Positions 1 through 9,640 of a DNA stretch of 31,639 bases are shown in pieces. The stretch is from Chitinophagales bacterium (GTDB lineage Bacteria > Bacteroidota > Bacteroidia > Chitinophagales > UBA8649). Under the pieces are notes generated by a model. The model was not told where the DNA came from, did not search any database, and was given only the letters and a program-made list of their open reading frames with translations. The stretch is taken from the NCBI GenBank assembly GCA_016777395.1, contig JADHRO010000001.1, forward strand, positions 1-31,639, read 5' to 3'. Both the position numbers and the translations under genes were made by a program. How positions within the stretch are numbered: position 1 is the stretch's first letter; every line of letters starts with the position of its first letter.

Positions 1-693
1 CACGATATGAACTGGTTGAGAATTGATAAGTATCATACAGGGGATGAAGATAATCCTCAAGTGATCTTCCAGCCAATGATGTGTCAGCATTGTGATAATG
101 CTCCATGTGAGAATGTCTGTCCTGTAGCTGCAACAAACCACAGTTCAGAAGGATTAAATCAAATGACCTATAATCGCTGTATTGGAACAAGATACTGTGC
201 GAATAACTGCCCTTATAAAGTAAGAAGATTCAACTGGTTTGATTATCAAGGTGCAGATAGTTTCTCAAGCAACGAAGGATTTATTTTAGACAATGACTTC
301 GACGCTGTTCAAACGGAATATGCTTTTGGAGACAAAGAAGCAGGTTTAGGATTGCACAGTCCAATGGCTAAGTTGGTTCTTAATCCAGATGTTACTGTTC
401 GTAGTAGAGGAGTTATTGAGAAATGTAGTTTTTGTGTGCAACGAATTCAGTTGGGTAAATTGGAAGCGAAGAAAGCAGATAGAGGATTAAAAGATAGTGA
501 TGTGGTTACAGCATGTCAATCGGCTTGTCCAACGAATGCAATTACTTTTGGAGACACCAACAATGCGCAGACAGCTGTATCTAAAGTATGGGCTGATCCA
601 AGATCATTTGGTGTAATTGAAGAGATTCATGTTTTACCATCTGTAAGGTATCTGACTAAGGTTAGAAATCAGAAGGAAGGGGATTTAGCTTAA
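1..693 (+). CDS. actB: Alternative complex III subunit B (Fe-S domain), 5'-truncated by the window
   Basis: Frame is open from base 1 (cac gat atg = H-D-M), so the ATG at 7 is internal. Fe-S Cys motifs [36 protein letters not shown], plus FNWF...[16 protein letters not shown]. Directly upstream of an NrfD-type gene. Confidence 0.95.
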   Translation, partial: HDMNWLRIDKYHTGDEDNPQVIFQPMMCQHCDNAPCENVCPVAATNHSSEGLNQMTYNRCIGTRYCANNCPYKVRRFNWFDYQGADSFSSNEGFILDNDFDAVQTEYAFGDKEAGLGLHSPMAKLVLNPDVTVRSRGVIEKCSFCVQRIQLGKLEAKKADRGLKDSDVVTACQSACPTNAITFGDTNNAQTAVSKVWADPRSFGVIEEIHVLPSVRYLTKVRNQKEGDLA

Positions 694-724
694 ACAAATT
701 ATTAATTAAGAAACGATATAATAT

Positions 725-2188
725 ATGAGCCATTACGAATCACCCATAAGGGAACCTCTAATACAAGGCGATAATATAAGCTACACTAAAATCACTGATG
801 ATATTGTAGCGACTACGGAAAAAGCTCCCCCTTTATCTTGGTGGATTGGTTTTATCATATCTGCAACTTTTGCTGGTATTGGTGTTGTAGCAATTCTATG
901 GACTATCTGGCAAGGAATAGGAACATGGGGGCTTAATAAAACAGTAAATTGGGCATGGGATATCACTAACTTCGTTTGGTGGGTTGGTATTGGTCATGCA
1001 GGAACACTTATTTCAGCGGTACTTTTATTGTTTCGCCAAAAATGGAGAACGGGAATTAACCGAGCTGCAGAGGCGATGACAATTTTTGCAGTTATTTGTG
1101 CGGGTTTATTTCCATTAATTCACATGGGTAGATTATGGATGGGATTCTTTATTTTTCCCTATCCAAATACAAGAGGTCCTTTATGGGTAAACTTTAATTC
1201 ACCCTTACTTTGGGATGTTTTTGCAATATCCACATACCTAACAGTCTCTCTATTGTTTTGGTATTCTGGTCTAATGCCAGATTTTGCTACCATTCGGGAT
1301 AGAGCAAAAGGAAAAGTTAGAAAATTTATTTATAATGCCTTGAGTTTTGGTTGGACAGGAACGGCAAAGCAATGGCAACGTTTTGAATCTTTATCCTTAA
1401 TTCTTGCAGGTCTAGCTACGCCATTGGTGCTTTCTGTGCATACGATTGTATCTTTTGATTTCGCAACTTCAGTAATTCCAGGGTGGCATACAACTATATT
1501 TCCTCCGTACTTCGTTGCCGGAGCAATTTTCTCTGGGTTTGCCATGGTGGAAACCTTAATGATTATTACTAGAAAAGTATTAAAGTTAGAAAACTACATC
1601 ACAGTTGGACACATCGAGTCAATGAATAAGATTATTGTTTTGACGGGGTCTATTGTGGGTGTTGCTTACATCACAGAGTTAGTAATTGCATGGTATTCAG
1701 GTTACTTATACGAGCAATATGCTTTTGCAAATAGAGCGACTGGAGAATATTGGTGGGCTTATGCTATCATGATGACTTGTAATGTAATCACACCGCAGCT
1801 ATATTGGATTAAAAAGTACAGACGAAATATTGCACTGACTTTTGTGCTATCCATATTTGTAAATATCGGAATGTGGTTTGAACGATTTGTAATTATTGTT
1901 ACTTCATTGCATAATGATTTCTTACCCTCTTCATGGTTGTACTTCTTGCCTACATGGGTAGATGTAGCTATTTATCTTGGAACTTTAGGAATATTTATGA
2001 CTTTGTTCTTACTGTTTGCTCGAGCTTTCCCAGTTATTGCTATTGCAGAGGTTAAATCTATTTTTAGTATTTCGTCTGCTCAAGCTAGAAAACAACAGTT
2101 GGAAGAGAATAAGAAATTTGAAAAAGATTATAAGGACTCTATTGGCGCAGAATATGCCAAGGATGACGTATTTGACACGAACTATTAA
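725..2188 (+). CDS. actC: ACIII subunit C, NrfD/PsrC-family quinol-oxidising membrane subunit
   Basis: WAWDITNFVWWVGIGHAGTLISA, RAAEAMT, HMGR, SPLLWDVFA, HTIVSFDFA, PGWHTTIFPPYFVAGAIFSG; about 10 hydrophobic segments. Confidence 0.96.
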   Translation: MSHYESPIREPLIQGDNISYTKITDDIVATTEKAPPLSWWIGFIISATFAGIGVVAILWTIWQGIGTWGLNKTVNWAWDITNFVWWVGIGHAGTLISAVLLLFRQKWRTGINRAAEAMTIFAVICAGLFPLIHMGRLWMGFFIFPYPNTRGPLWVNFNSPLLWDVFAISTYLTVSLLFWYSGLMPDFATIRDRAKGKVRKFIYNALSFGWTGTAKQWQRFESLSLILAGLATPLVLSVHTIVSFDFATSVIPGWHTTIFPPYFVAGAIFSGFAMVETLMIITRKVLKLENYITVGHIESMNKIIVLTGSIVGVAYITELVIAWYSGYLYEQYAFANRATGEYWWAYAIMMTCNVITPQLYWIKKYRRNIALTFVLSIFVNIGMWFERFVIIVTSLHNDFLPSSWLYFLPTWVDVAIYLGTLGIFMTLFLLFARAFPVIAIAEVKSIFSISSAQARKQQLEENKKFEKDYKDSIGAEYAKDDVFDTNY

Positions 2189-2210
2189 TAAATTAAATTA
2201 ATCCATTAAG

Positions 2211-2792
2211 ATGGCTAGTAATAAATATATAGTAGGACTTTTTGATCATGAGGATAAGCTTATTGGAGCTATCCGTAAGTGCAAAAAGGAAAATGTAGAA
2301 ATTACCGATACACTGACTCCTTTTCCAGTTCACGGATTGGAGGATGAGCTTGGATATCAAGATACAAGATTGCATAAGGCTGGTTTTATGTTTGGCATCA
2401 CAGGAACTTTTGTTGCCTTATCCGTAATGACCTTTATCATGACGACCAATTACCCTATCAATTTTGGGGGTAAGCCAAATTTTGCTTTACCTTCTTTCAT
2501 TCCGATTACTTTTGAGTTAACGGTTTTATTTGCAGCCGTAGGAATGGTAATGGTATATTGTATTAGAAATGGTTTATTTCCAGGTGCAGTTCCAAGAATA
2601 TTAGATGAACGAATCACGGATGATCGCTTCGCATTAAGTTTTGAGGTCGATGATTCTACAAGTAAAGAAGACATTTCGAAAGTGGTAAATTTACTAAAAG
2701 AAGCGGGTGCAGTTGAAGTTTCTTCAAAAGAGTTTAATGACGATACGGAGATCTTCGAAGTAGAGACTTCAGCGGTAGAAAGTATATTGTAA
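2211..2792 (+). CDS. actD: ACIII subunit D (DUF3341)
   Basis: TPFPVHGL, GGKP, PSFIPITFELTVLFAA, DDRF motifs; two TM helices; position after actC. Confidence 0.93.
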   Translation: MASNKYIVGLFDHEDKLIGAIRKCKKENVEITDTLTPFPVHGLEDELGYQDTRLHKAGFMFGITGTFVALSVMTFIMTTNYPINFGGKPNFALPSFIPITFELTVLFAAVGMVMVYCIRNGLFPGAVPRILDERITDDRFALSFEVDDSTSKEDISKVVNLLKEAGAVEVSSKEFNDDTEIFEVETSAVESIL

Positions 2793-2851
2793 ACTAAGCG
2801 ATTTAAAGAATTTATAGGCTTAGCCTAATTTTTAACAGATAAATCAAAACA

Positions 2852-3589
2852 ATGAAGAAGAATTTCTTGTTTTTAATAACATTAGCGGTAAGTGCAATAG
2901 CAATTACATCATGCAAGAGTCATGGCGATAATACTGGAAGAATATTTATGCCAGATATGACATACTCTAATGCATATGAAGCTTATGCAAGCACCAAGTT
3001 TCAGCATCAATCTGATACGGATGCGATATCCGCAAAAAAACCTGTATCAGGTAGTATTCCGAGAGGATATTTACCTGACAATGAAGAAGTAAGAACGAAT
3101 GATGGTAAACTAATGGCGTATTTATTTAAAAATTATTTCAAAAACCCTGCAGGTGATCCATCTGTTGATGATGCTGCTCAACGTTTAATGGCTGGGAATA
3201 TGCTGAGTAATCCCATTGAAAAAACGGATGAGGTATTGGCTGAAGGTAAAGTGAAATATGATATCTATTGTGCGGTTTGTCATGGCAAAAAAGGTTTAGG
3301 GGATGGTTCTATTGTTGAAATTATTGATGCAGATGGAAACAAAACTGGTGAGGATGGCCCTTATACATCTATACCGCCTGCATATGAGACTAGATTACCC
3401 GGCTTGAGTGATGGAGAAATGTTTTACTCTATAACTTATGGTAAGAATTATATGGGGGGATATTTTACCCAGCTAAGTACTGAGGACAGATGGAAAGTTC
3501 TATTGTATATTAAGGATTTAGCAGGGATTGAAGAAGGTGCTGTTGCTATGGTTGAAGGAAAAGATTTTATTGAAGAAGAAGCGCAATAA
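2852..3589 (+). CDS. actE: ACIII subunit E, monohaem c lipoprotein
   Basis: Lipoprotein signal ending ITSC (Cys21), FMPDMTYS motif, single CAVCH haem motif, distal Met in GKNYMGGY. Confidence 0.94.
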   Translation: MKKNFLFLITLAVSAIAITSCKSHGDNTGRIFMPDMTYSNAYEAYASTKFQHQSDTDAISAKKPVSGSIPRGYLPDNEEVRTNDGKLMAYLFKNYFKNPAGDPSVDDAAQRLMAGNMLSNPIEKTDEVLAEGKVKYDIYCAVCHGKKGLGDGSIVEIIDADGNKTGEDGPYTSIPPAYETRLPGLSDGEMFYSITYGKNYMGGYFTQLSTEDRWKVLLYIKDLAGIEEGAVAMVEGKDFIEEEAQ

Positions 3590-3642
3590 TCAGATAAAGA
3601 GATTTAACAGTTTATAATAGGCTAGAAGGAAAAATTAAAGTT

Positions 3643-5124
3643 ATGTCAAATACATTTACATTCGGAGGCAACTTAAAGAAATCGGTCTTAGGACTTGCCG
3701 TTGTTGGTTTGGTTCTAGGAGTTGTCCTAGGTTTCTTTTTTGATGATACCAGCCATCATAGTCGTTTGTGGGCCAACTTACTCTTAAACACTTACTATTT
3801 TGCAGGAATAGCGGTTACTGGCGTTTTCTTTATCACGGCTCATCAATTAGGATACGGAGGATGGCATACAGTCTTTAAAAGAGTACCAATAGCAATGGGG
3901 AGGTTCTTATATGTAGCTTTCTTCTTGTTCTTAATTATTGTGGCGGGCTTGTGGCTATCTCCTGAAGGTCTATACAGTCACTGGGCAGACCCTCATCATA
4001 GAGATTCTATTGTCTTGGGGAAAGCACCTTTCTTAACAAGAAAAGCTTACGCATTAGGGGTAATTATTTTCTTCGGTTTGTGGGCTTTATTTACTTGGTT
4101 GTTATCTAAGAAGTTTATCTCAATAAAAAATTGGAAAGAGTATTCTAGTGCGAAGAAAATTTCAGCAGGCTTCTTACTCGTTTTTGGAGTAAGTAGTTCT
4201 ATTCTTAGTTGGTGGGTTATTATGTCACTAGATCCTCATTGGTACAGCACTTTATTTGGCTGGTACAACTTAGCCTCCTATTTCTGTGCAGGCTTTGCTA
4301 TGATGATTTTACTGATGATTGGCTTTAAACGAATGGGGCATTTGCCTAATGTAACAGAAGACCACATTCATGACGTTGCAAAACTAATGTTTGGTTTCAG
4401 TGTTTTTTGGACTTATTTAATGTTCTCACAATTCATGTTGATTTGGTATGCGAATATTCCAGAAGCAACGATTTGGTTTACTAAGCGATTTGATATTCCA
4501 ATGTTTAAGGCAATTTTCTTTATTGCATTGGCAATCAATTTCTTCTTGCCGGTCTTGGCTATTTTGAAAAGAGATGCTAAACGTAATTTCTTAACCGTGG
4601 GTACAATTTCAGTTTTGTTGATTTTCGGTCATTACCTAGACTTTTACCACATGGTTATGGTTGAGCCAATGGGAATTCCTCATGGAAATCACGCTACTAC
4701 AGAGCATGATAGTCATGCTAACTTGTCTGCAGATAATGTGCTTTATGCAGAAGTCGACGCAGGGCATGAGGGCGATGTTAATGGCCATGCCGAAGAAATA
4801 CATGATGACCTTCATGCAGAAGATGAGCACATGCATTTGGATGAAACGGGACACCCTGATGAACACGCAGTGGTGTCTGATTCTCATGCAGATGAAGATC
4901 ACGGAGAAGAAGCTCATACTGCAGCAGGTCATGGGAATGACGAGCACGGACATGGAGAAGAACTCACATATGCTAAGCTCGGCTTAGTTGAGTTATTTTT
5001 CTTTTTAGGATTTTTAGGATTGTTTTTATTTATGACTTTCACAGGATTAGACGGCGAAGACCTTGAATCAGGGGACGATCCATTCCTGGAAGAAAGTAAG
5101 AATCATCATGTAAAATATAGTTAA
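3643..5124 (+). CDS. actF: ACIII subunit F (ActC paralogue) with a His/acidic insertion
   Basis: WVIMSLDPHWYSTLFGWY, HIHDVAKLMFGFSVFWTYLMFSQFMLIWYANIPE motifs; polytopic membrane protein; position after actE. Confidence 0.94.
   Translation: MSNTFTFGGNLKKSVLGLAVVGLVLGVVLGFFFDDTSHHSRLWANLLLNTYYFAGIAVTGVFFITAHQLGYGGWHTVFKRVPIAMGRFLYVAFFLFLIIVAGLWLSPEGLYSHWADPHHRDSIVLGKAPFLTRKAYALGVIIFFGLWALFTWLLSKKFISIKNWKEYSSAKKISAGFLLVFGVSSSILSWWVIMSLDPHWYSTLFGWYNLASYFCAGFAMMILLMIGFKRMGHLPNVTEDHIHDVAKLMFGFSVFWTYLMFSQFMLIWYANIPEATIWFTKRFDIPMFKAIFFIALAINFFLPVLAILKRDAKRNFLTVGTISVLLIFGHYLDFYHMVMVEPMGIPHGNHATTEHDSHANLSADNVLYAEVDAGHEGDVNGHAEEIHDDLHAEDEHMHLDETGHPDEHAVVSDSHADEDHGEEAHTAAGHGNDEHGHGEELTYAKLGLVELFFFLGFLGLFLFMTFTGLDGEDLESGDDPFLEESKNHHVKYS
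4681..4962 (+). repeat. Degenerate His-led pentapeptide repeat within actF
   Basis: HAEEI, HAEDE, HADED, HGEEA, HGNDE, HGEEL; 18 His in 94 codons. Confidence 0.8.
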
Positions 5125-5126
5125 AG

Positions 5127-6263
5127 ATGGGTACAACATTATTAGCCGTAATTACGGTAATTTTATTTTTTACGATCATTTTCTTGGTGGCTAAAGCCAA
5201 TGAGATGTCTTCCCTTGGTAAGGATGCAGACGAGCATATGGAGGATACGAGTAATCTTCAAGGAAAACTTCTTTTTGCCTTTTTAATCCTTGGAATGGCT
5301 GCTGTGGGGTATAGTTTTTTTGAGCTAGGTCCACGAATGCTGCCCTTGTCAGCAAGTGAGCACGGTGATTTGATAGATAGTATGTTTAATATTACAAACG
5401 TCGTTGCTATGTTTGTATTTGTATTGACGCATATCATTTTGTTGACCTTTGCTTATCTGTATCGATACAAAAGAAACAGAAAGGCATATTTCTTCCCACA
5501 TGATAGTAGGTTGGAGCTTGTATGGACCATTATTCCTGCTATTGTTCTTACTTTTTTAGTGTTTAGAGGAATTAAGGCGTGGAATGAAATCTTTGATTTT
5601 GAAAAGCTAGAAAATACTACAGAAGTTTTGCGTTTTGAAGCAACTGCCAAACAGTTCGGTTGGATCTTAAGATATCCCGGAAAAGATGGTGAGTTTGGAG
5701 AGCGAATAATAGATCAAGAGCATGTTTCTCAAATCAATGAATTAGGAATTAACTGGGAAGACCCCAACAGTAAGGATGATTTTATGGCCAATGAATTGGT
5801 TTTGATCAAAGGTAAACTCACTCTTGCTAAGCTTGGAGCCCAAGATGTATTGCACGGATTTTATTTGCCACATTTTAGGGTGAAAATGGATTGTTTACCC
5901 GGTTTACCTACTCAATTTATGTTTACTCCGAAGTATACTACAGAGGAGTATAGAGAAATCTTAAGTCATAAAAAGTATTGGCAAAAAATTGATCCTGAAA
6001 CTGGAAATCCTAAATGGCAAGATTTCCAATTTGAGCTTGCTTGCACAGAACTTTGCGGGAAGTCTCACTTTGCTATGCAGCGAGTGGTTCGTGTGGTAAC
6101 GCAGGAAGAATATGATGCATGGGTCAATGAAAGTAAGTCTTATTATTATACGGTAATCAATCCGGATGCAGCTCCTGTGGAAGAAGAGCTTATTGAAGAA
6201 GTAATACCAATCAAGGAAGAAATAGATAGTGCTGCAGTAAGTATTGTGGCCAGAGTTAGATAA
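5127..6263 (+). CDS. coxB: Cytochrome c oxidase subunit II (CuA), four-TM Bacteroidota type, no fused cytochrome c
   Basis: LELVWTIIP, QFGW, DVLHGF, CuA motif CTELCGKSHFAM; no CxxCH in the C-terminus. Confidence 0.96.
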   Translation: MGTTLLAVITVILFFTIIFLVAKANEMSSLGKDADEHMEDTSNLQGKLLFAFLILGMAAVGYSFFELGPRMLPLSASEHGDLIDSMFNITNVVAMFVFVLTHIILLTFAYLYRYKRNRKAYFFPHDSRLELVWTIIPAIVLTFLVFRGIKAWNEIFDFEKLENTTEVLRFEATAKQFGWILRYPGKDGEFGERIIDQEHVSQINELGINWEDPNSKDDFMANELVLIKGKLTLAKLGAQDVLHGFYLPHFRVKMDCLPGLPTQFMFTPKYTTEEYREILSHKKYWQKIDPETGNPKWQDFQFELACTELCGKSHFAMQRVVRVVTQEEYDAWVNESKSYYYTVINPDAAPVEEELIEEVIPIKEEIDSAAVSIVARVR

Positions 6264-6299
6264 TTTAATTGTAACATAAGAGCATAAAAAATAAATTTC

Positions 6300-8099
6300 A
6301 TGAGCGAAGTAACAGCACATCACGATTCAGCTCATGCCGCAGACGGGCATGACGATCATCATGAACAAAGTTGGTTAACTACTTATATTTTTAGTCAAGA
6401 CCACAAAATGATTGGGAAACAGTTTTTAATGACTGGTATTTTTTGGGCATTTGTTGGTGGCCTATTGTCTTTGTTTTTCCGTATGCAGTTAGCATGGCCA
6501 AATGAGACTTTTCCTATTTTGGAAACACTTCTTGGGTCATGGGCTGAGGGCGGCAAATTAAGTAACGATTTTTACTACGCCTTGGTAACGATGCACGGGA
6601 CTATCTTAGTGTTTTTCGTTCTAACCGCTGGCTTGAGTGGGACCTTTAGTAATTTCTTAATTCCCTTGCAAATCGGTGCAAGAGATATGGCATCTCCTTT
6701 TATGAATATGCTATCATATTGGTTCTTTTTTGCAGCAAGTGCGGTATTATTTCTATCATTTTTCGTTCAAACTGGGCCTGCTTCCGGAGGTTGGACAGCT
6801 TACCCGCCGTTAAATGGTATTCGAGACATCGCCTTGAATAAGGGCTCCGGATTAGGATTCGATTTATGGATTACCAGTATGACACTCTTTATTGTAGGAA
6901 GTACATTAGGTAGTTTGAATTACGTTTCTACGGTTATTAATATGCGTACAAAGGGTATGAGCTTTACAAAAATGCCGTTGATAACATGGGCATTAACATT
7001 TACAGCAGTACTGGGTATTTTGGCCTTTCCTGCCTTACTAGCTGCTGCAGGATTATTGGAGTTTGATAGACTTTTAGGAACAAGTTTCTTCCTGAATAAC
7101 ATCGTTATTAATGGCGATCTTCAGGCCTACAAAGGAGGAAGCCCCATAATTTATCAGCACTTATTTTGGTTTTTAGGGCATCCTGAAGTTTATATCATTA
7201 TATTTCCTGCATTTGGGATTGTCTCGGAAGTTTTATCTGTACACTCCAAAAAGCCAGTTTTTGGCTACCGGGCAATGATACTTTCCTTGGGATCAATTTT
7301 AGTAATTGGTTTCTTCGTTTGGGCACACCACATGTTTGTAACTGGAATGAGCCCAGCTATCGGCAAAGTATTCGTAATCTTTACTTTATTAATTGCAATC
7401 CCATCTGCCGTCAAAGTGTTTAATTGGATAACCACCCTTTGGAGAGGAAATATCCGGTTTACTGTACCTATGATGTTTGCGATAGGTTTCGTCTCTTTAT
7501 TTATCTCTGGGGGTATTACAGGGTTGCACTTAGGTAACTCTACGGTAGATATTCAATTGCATGATTCTTATTTTGTGGTAGGGCACTTCCATATTGTAAT
7601 GGGTGTGGCTGCATTCTTTGGAATGTGGGCTGGTGTTTATCAGTGGTTTCCAAAAATGTTCGGACGATTTATGAATGAAACTATGGGTTACATTCATTTC
7701 TGGGGTTCATTGATTGGTGGGTATATGGTTTTCTTTCCAATGCACTTCATGGCAGGTGTTCCAAGAAGATACTATGCTTTTGATCAGTTCCAATCTTTTA
7801 ATAACTTTCAAGATGTGAATGTTTTTATAACCTTGGCTGCATTTCTAGTAATGTCATCAAACATTGTGTTTTTAATAAACTTCTTCTATAGTATCTTCAA
7901 AGGAAGAGAAATGACGGAAGACAATTTAAACCCTTGGGGTGCAAATACACTTGAATGGACTACACCAGTTCATCCTGGTCACGGAAACTGGCCTGGAGAT
8001 TTACCGGTGGTTTACAGATGGCCTTACGATTACAGTACAAATGGCAATGAAGTTAATCCTCAAAATAAGCCTTTAGAAGAAGGTGAGCACGAGCACTAA
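6300..8099 (+). CDS. coxA: Cytochrome c oxidase subunit I, A1 type
   Basis: MHG, GWTAYPPL, GHPEVY (A1 signature), WAHH, GHFH ligands; D-channel Asp in IGARDMASP; K-channel Lys in PSAVKVF. Confidence 0.97.
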   Translation: MSEVTAHHDSAHAADGHDDHHEQSWLTTYIFSQDHKMIGKQFLMTGIFWAFVGGLLSLFFRMQLAWPNETFPILETLLGSWAEGGKLSNDFYYALVTMHGTILVFFVLTAGLSGTFSNFLIPLQIGARDMASPFMNMLSYWFFFAASAVLFLSFFVQTGPASGGWTAYPPLNGIRDIALNKGSGLGFDLWITSMTLFIVGSTLGSLNYVSTVINMRTKGMSFTKMPLITWALTFTAVLGILAFPALLAAAGLLEFDRLLGTSFFLNNIVINGDLQAYKGGSPIIYQHLFWFLGHPEVYIIIFPAFGIVSEVLSVHSKKPVFGYRAMILSLGSILVIGFFVWAHHMFVTGMSPAIGKVFVIFTLLIAIPSAVKVFNWITTLWRGNIRFTVPMMFAIGFVSLFISGGITGLHLGNSTVDIQLHDSYFVVGHFHIVMGVAAFFGMWAGVYQWFPKMFGRFMNETMGYIHFWGSLIGGYMVFFPMHFMAGVPRRYYAFDQFQSFNNFQDVNVFITLAAFLVMSSNIVFLINFFYSIFKGREMTEDNLNPWGANTLEWTTPVHPGHGNWPGDLPVVYRWPYDYSTNGNEVNPQNKPLEEGEHEH

Positions 8100-8104
8100 A
8101 TATT

Positions 8105-9007
8105 ATGAATAGAAGGGAAAGAGGCATATCAATTTCATTTAAAAGCATTCTAGCAGCAAAGCTTGGTGATGTAGCTCAACTGTATAAAGTTCGATTAGGT
8201 TCTTTAGTTGTGTTTTCATCAGTAATTGGATACTTGTTGTTAGCTCCAGCGTTCGATTTCTTTACATTATTGATGTTATCAATCGGTGGATTTTTGGTTA
8301 CTGGGGCATCCAATGCCTTCAATCAAATTTTTGAAAAGGATTTAGATAGCTTAATGGATAGAACCAAAAATAGACCAATTCCTGCAGGAAGGATGACTGC
8401 TGTTGAGGGAAGTCTATGGGCAGGTATTGCTGCATTATTAGGCTTAGTGATTCTTACAATTTTCTTCAACCTAGCTACCGGATTATTGTCTGCTATCTCG
8501 TTAATCATCTATGCATTTATTTACACTCCATTAAAACGGGTGCACCCTATAGCAGTTTTCGTAGGAGCGATTCCTGGCGCCTTACCTCCAATGATTGGCG
8601 CAGTTGCAGCAACAGGATTTGTTGGTGACATTGCAATCTGTTTGTTTGCGCTGCAATTTATTTGGCAGTTTCCACATTTTTGGGCGATTGCTTGGTACTC
8701 TTATGATGATTATAAAAAAGCAGATATTATGCTATTGCCATCTAAAGGAGGCAAAAACAAGAATAGTGCGCTAAATATATTAATTTATACCGCAACCTTA
8801 ATTCCCATTACTATTGTTTTATACCTACTGGGGTATTATCAATTGATAGGTCTGGTGGTTTTACTGATAGCAGCTGTTGTTTTTTTAATACCGGCTATTC
8901 AGTTATATCGCGATATATCAGATACCAATGCTCGGAAAGTTATGTTTGCTTCCTTCATGTATCTGCCTGTCGCACTTATTGGACTATTATTGGATAGTAT
9001 CTTATAA
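8105..9007 (+). CDS. cyoE: Protoheme IX farnesyltransferase (heme O synthase)
   Basis: NQIFEKDLDSLMDRTKNRPIPAGR, YTPLKR, GAIPGALPP, WQFPHFWAIAW. Confidence 0.96.
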   Translation: MNRRERGISISFKSILAAKLGDVAQLYKVRLGSLVVFSSVIGYLLLAPAFDFFTLLMLSIGGFLVTGASNAFNQIFEKDLDSLMDRTKNRPIPAGRMTAVEGSLWAGIAALLGLVILTIFFNLATGLLSAISLIIYAFIYTPLKRVHPIAVFVGAIPGALPPMIGAVAATGFVGDIAICLFALQFIWQFPHFWAIAWYSYDDYKKADIMLLPSKGGKNKNSALNILIYTATLIPITIVLYLLGYYQLIGLVVLLIAAVVFLIPAIQLYRDISDTNARKVMFASFMYLPVALIGLLLDSIL

Positions 9008-9010
9008 ATT

Positions 9011-9634
9011 ATGCAAGTGATGAATAATACATATCAAAAAAATGGAATTAGTCTTGAGAATAGGCATACAGCTCATCGGCTGATTTTATATATTTCGATG
9101 GCCTCTATTACAATGTTTTTCGCAGTAACTACAAGCGCTGTCTTGGTTAAGAAAGCTGATGTATTGAATTGGGCTCAATTTCCTTTGCCCGATATATTTT
9201 TTATAAGTACAATTATTGCTCTTGCATCTAGTCTTGCTTTTTATTTTTCTTACAGGCTATACCAGCAGAAGAAATTCATGGCTTTTAGATGGATGCTTGC
9301 ATTAAGTGGGATGATAAGTCTTGGCTTTTTGATTAGTCAATTGTTAGGCTTCGAAGCTTTAAAAGATATGGGCTTACCCCTTACTGGAAACGTGGCAGGA
9401 TCTTTTATTTATTTTTTAGCTATAGTGCATGGATTACACATCATTGGTGGACTTACTGTACTTCTTATCATGCTAGTTAAAGCTATTCTTGCGCGAAAAA
9501 ATATACAGTTTGAAGGAAGTGGGGTAATCAATAAAAAACGATTATTTTCAATGGAAATTTTAACGTCCTACTGGCATTTCGTAAATGTGCTATGGGTTTA
9601 TTTATTTTTGTTTTTTTACTTTAATTATCAATAA
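9011..9634 (+). CDS. Cytochrome c oxidase subunit III family protein (first paralogue)
   Basis: HGLHIIGG and YWHFVNVLWVYLF; five TM segments; operon position. Confidence 0.9.
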   Translation: MQVMNNTYQKNGISLENRHTAHRLILYISMASITMFFAVTTSAVLVKKADVLNWAQFPLPDIFFISTIIALASSLAFYFSYRLYQQKKFMAFRWMLALSGMISLGFLISQLLGFEALKDMGLPLTGNVAGSFIYFLAIVHGLHIIGGLTVLLIMLVKAILARKNIQFEGSGVINKKRLFSMEILTSYWHFVNVLWVYLFLFFYFNYQ

Positions 9635-9640
9635 TTAATT

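Noticed and set aside
7-693. Separate 228-aa ferredoxin-like gene starting at ATG 7
   Set aside because: The frame is open from base 1; this is the C-terminal part of ActB.
4636-4987. Two >100-codon alternative ORFs (4661-4987 +, Met-rich; 4636-4953 -) over the ActF insertion
   Set aside because: They are shadows of repeated CAT/GAT/GAA codons, which create ATGs and avoid stops in other frames; no independent evidence.
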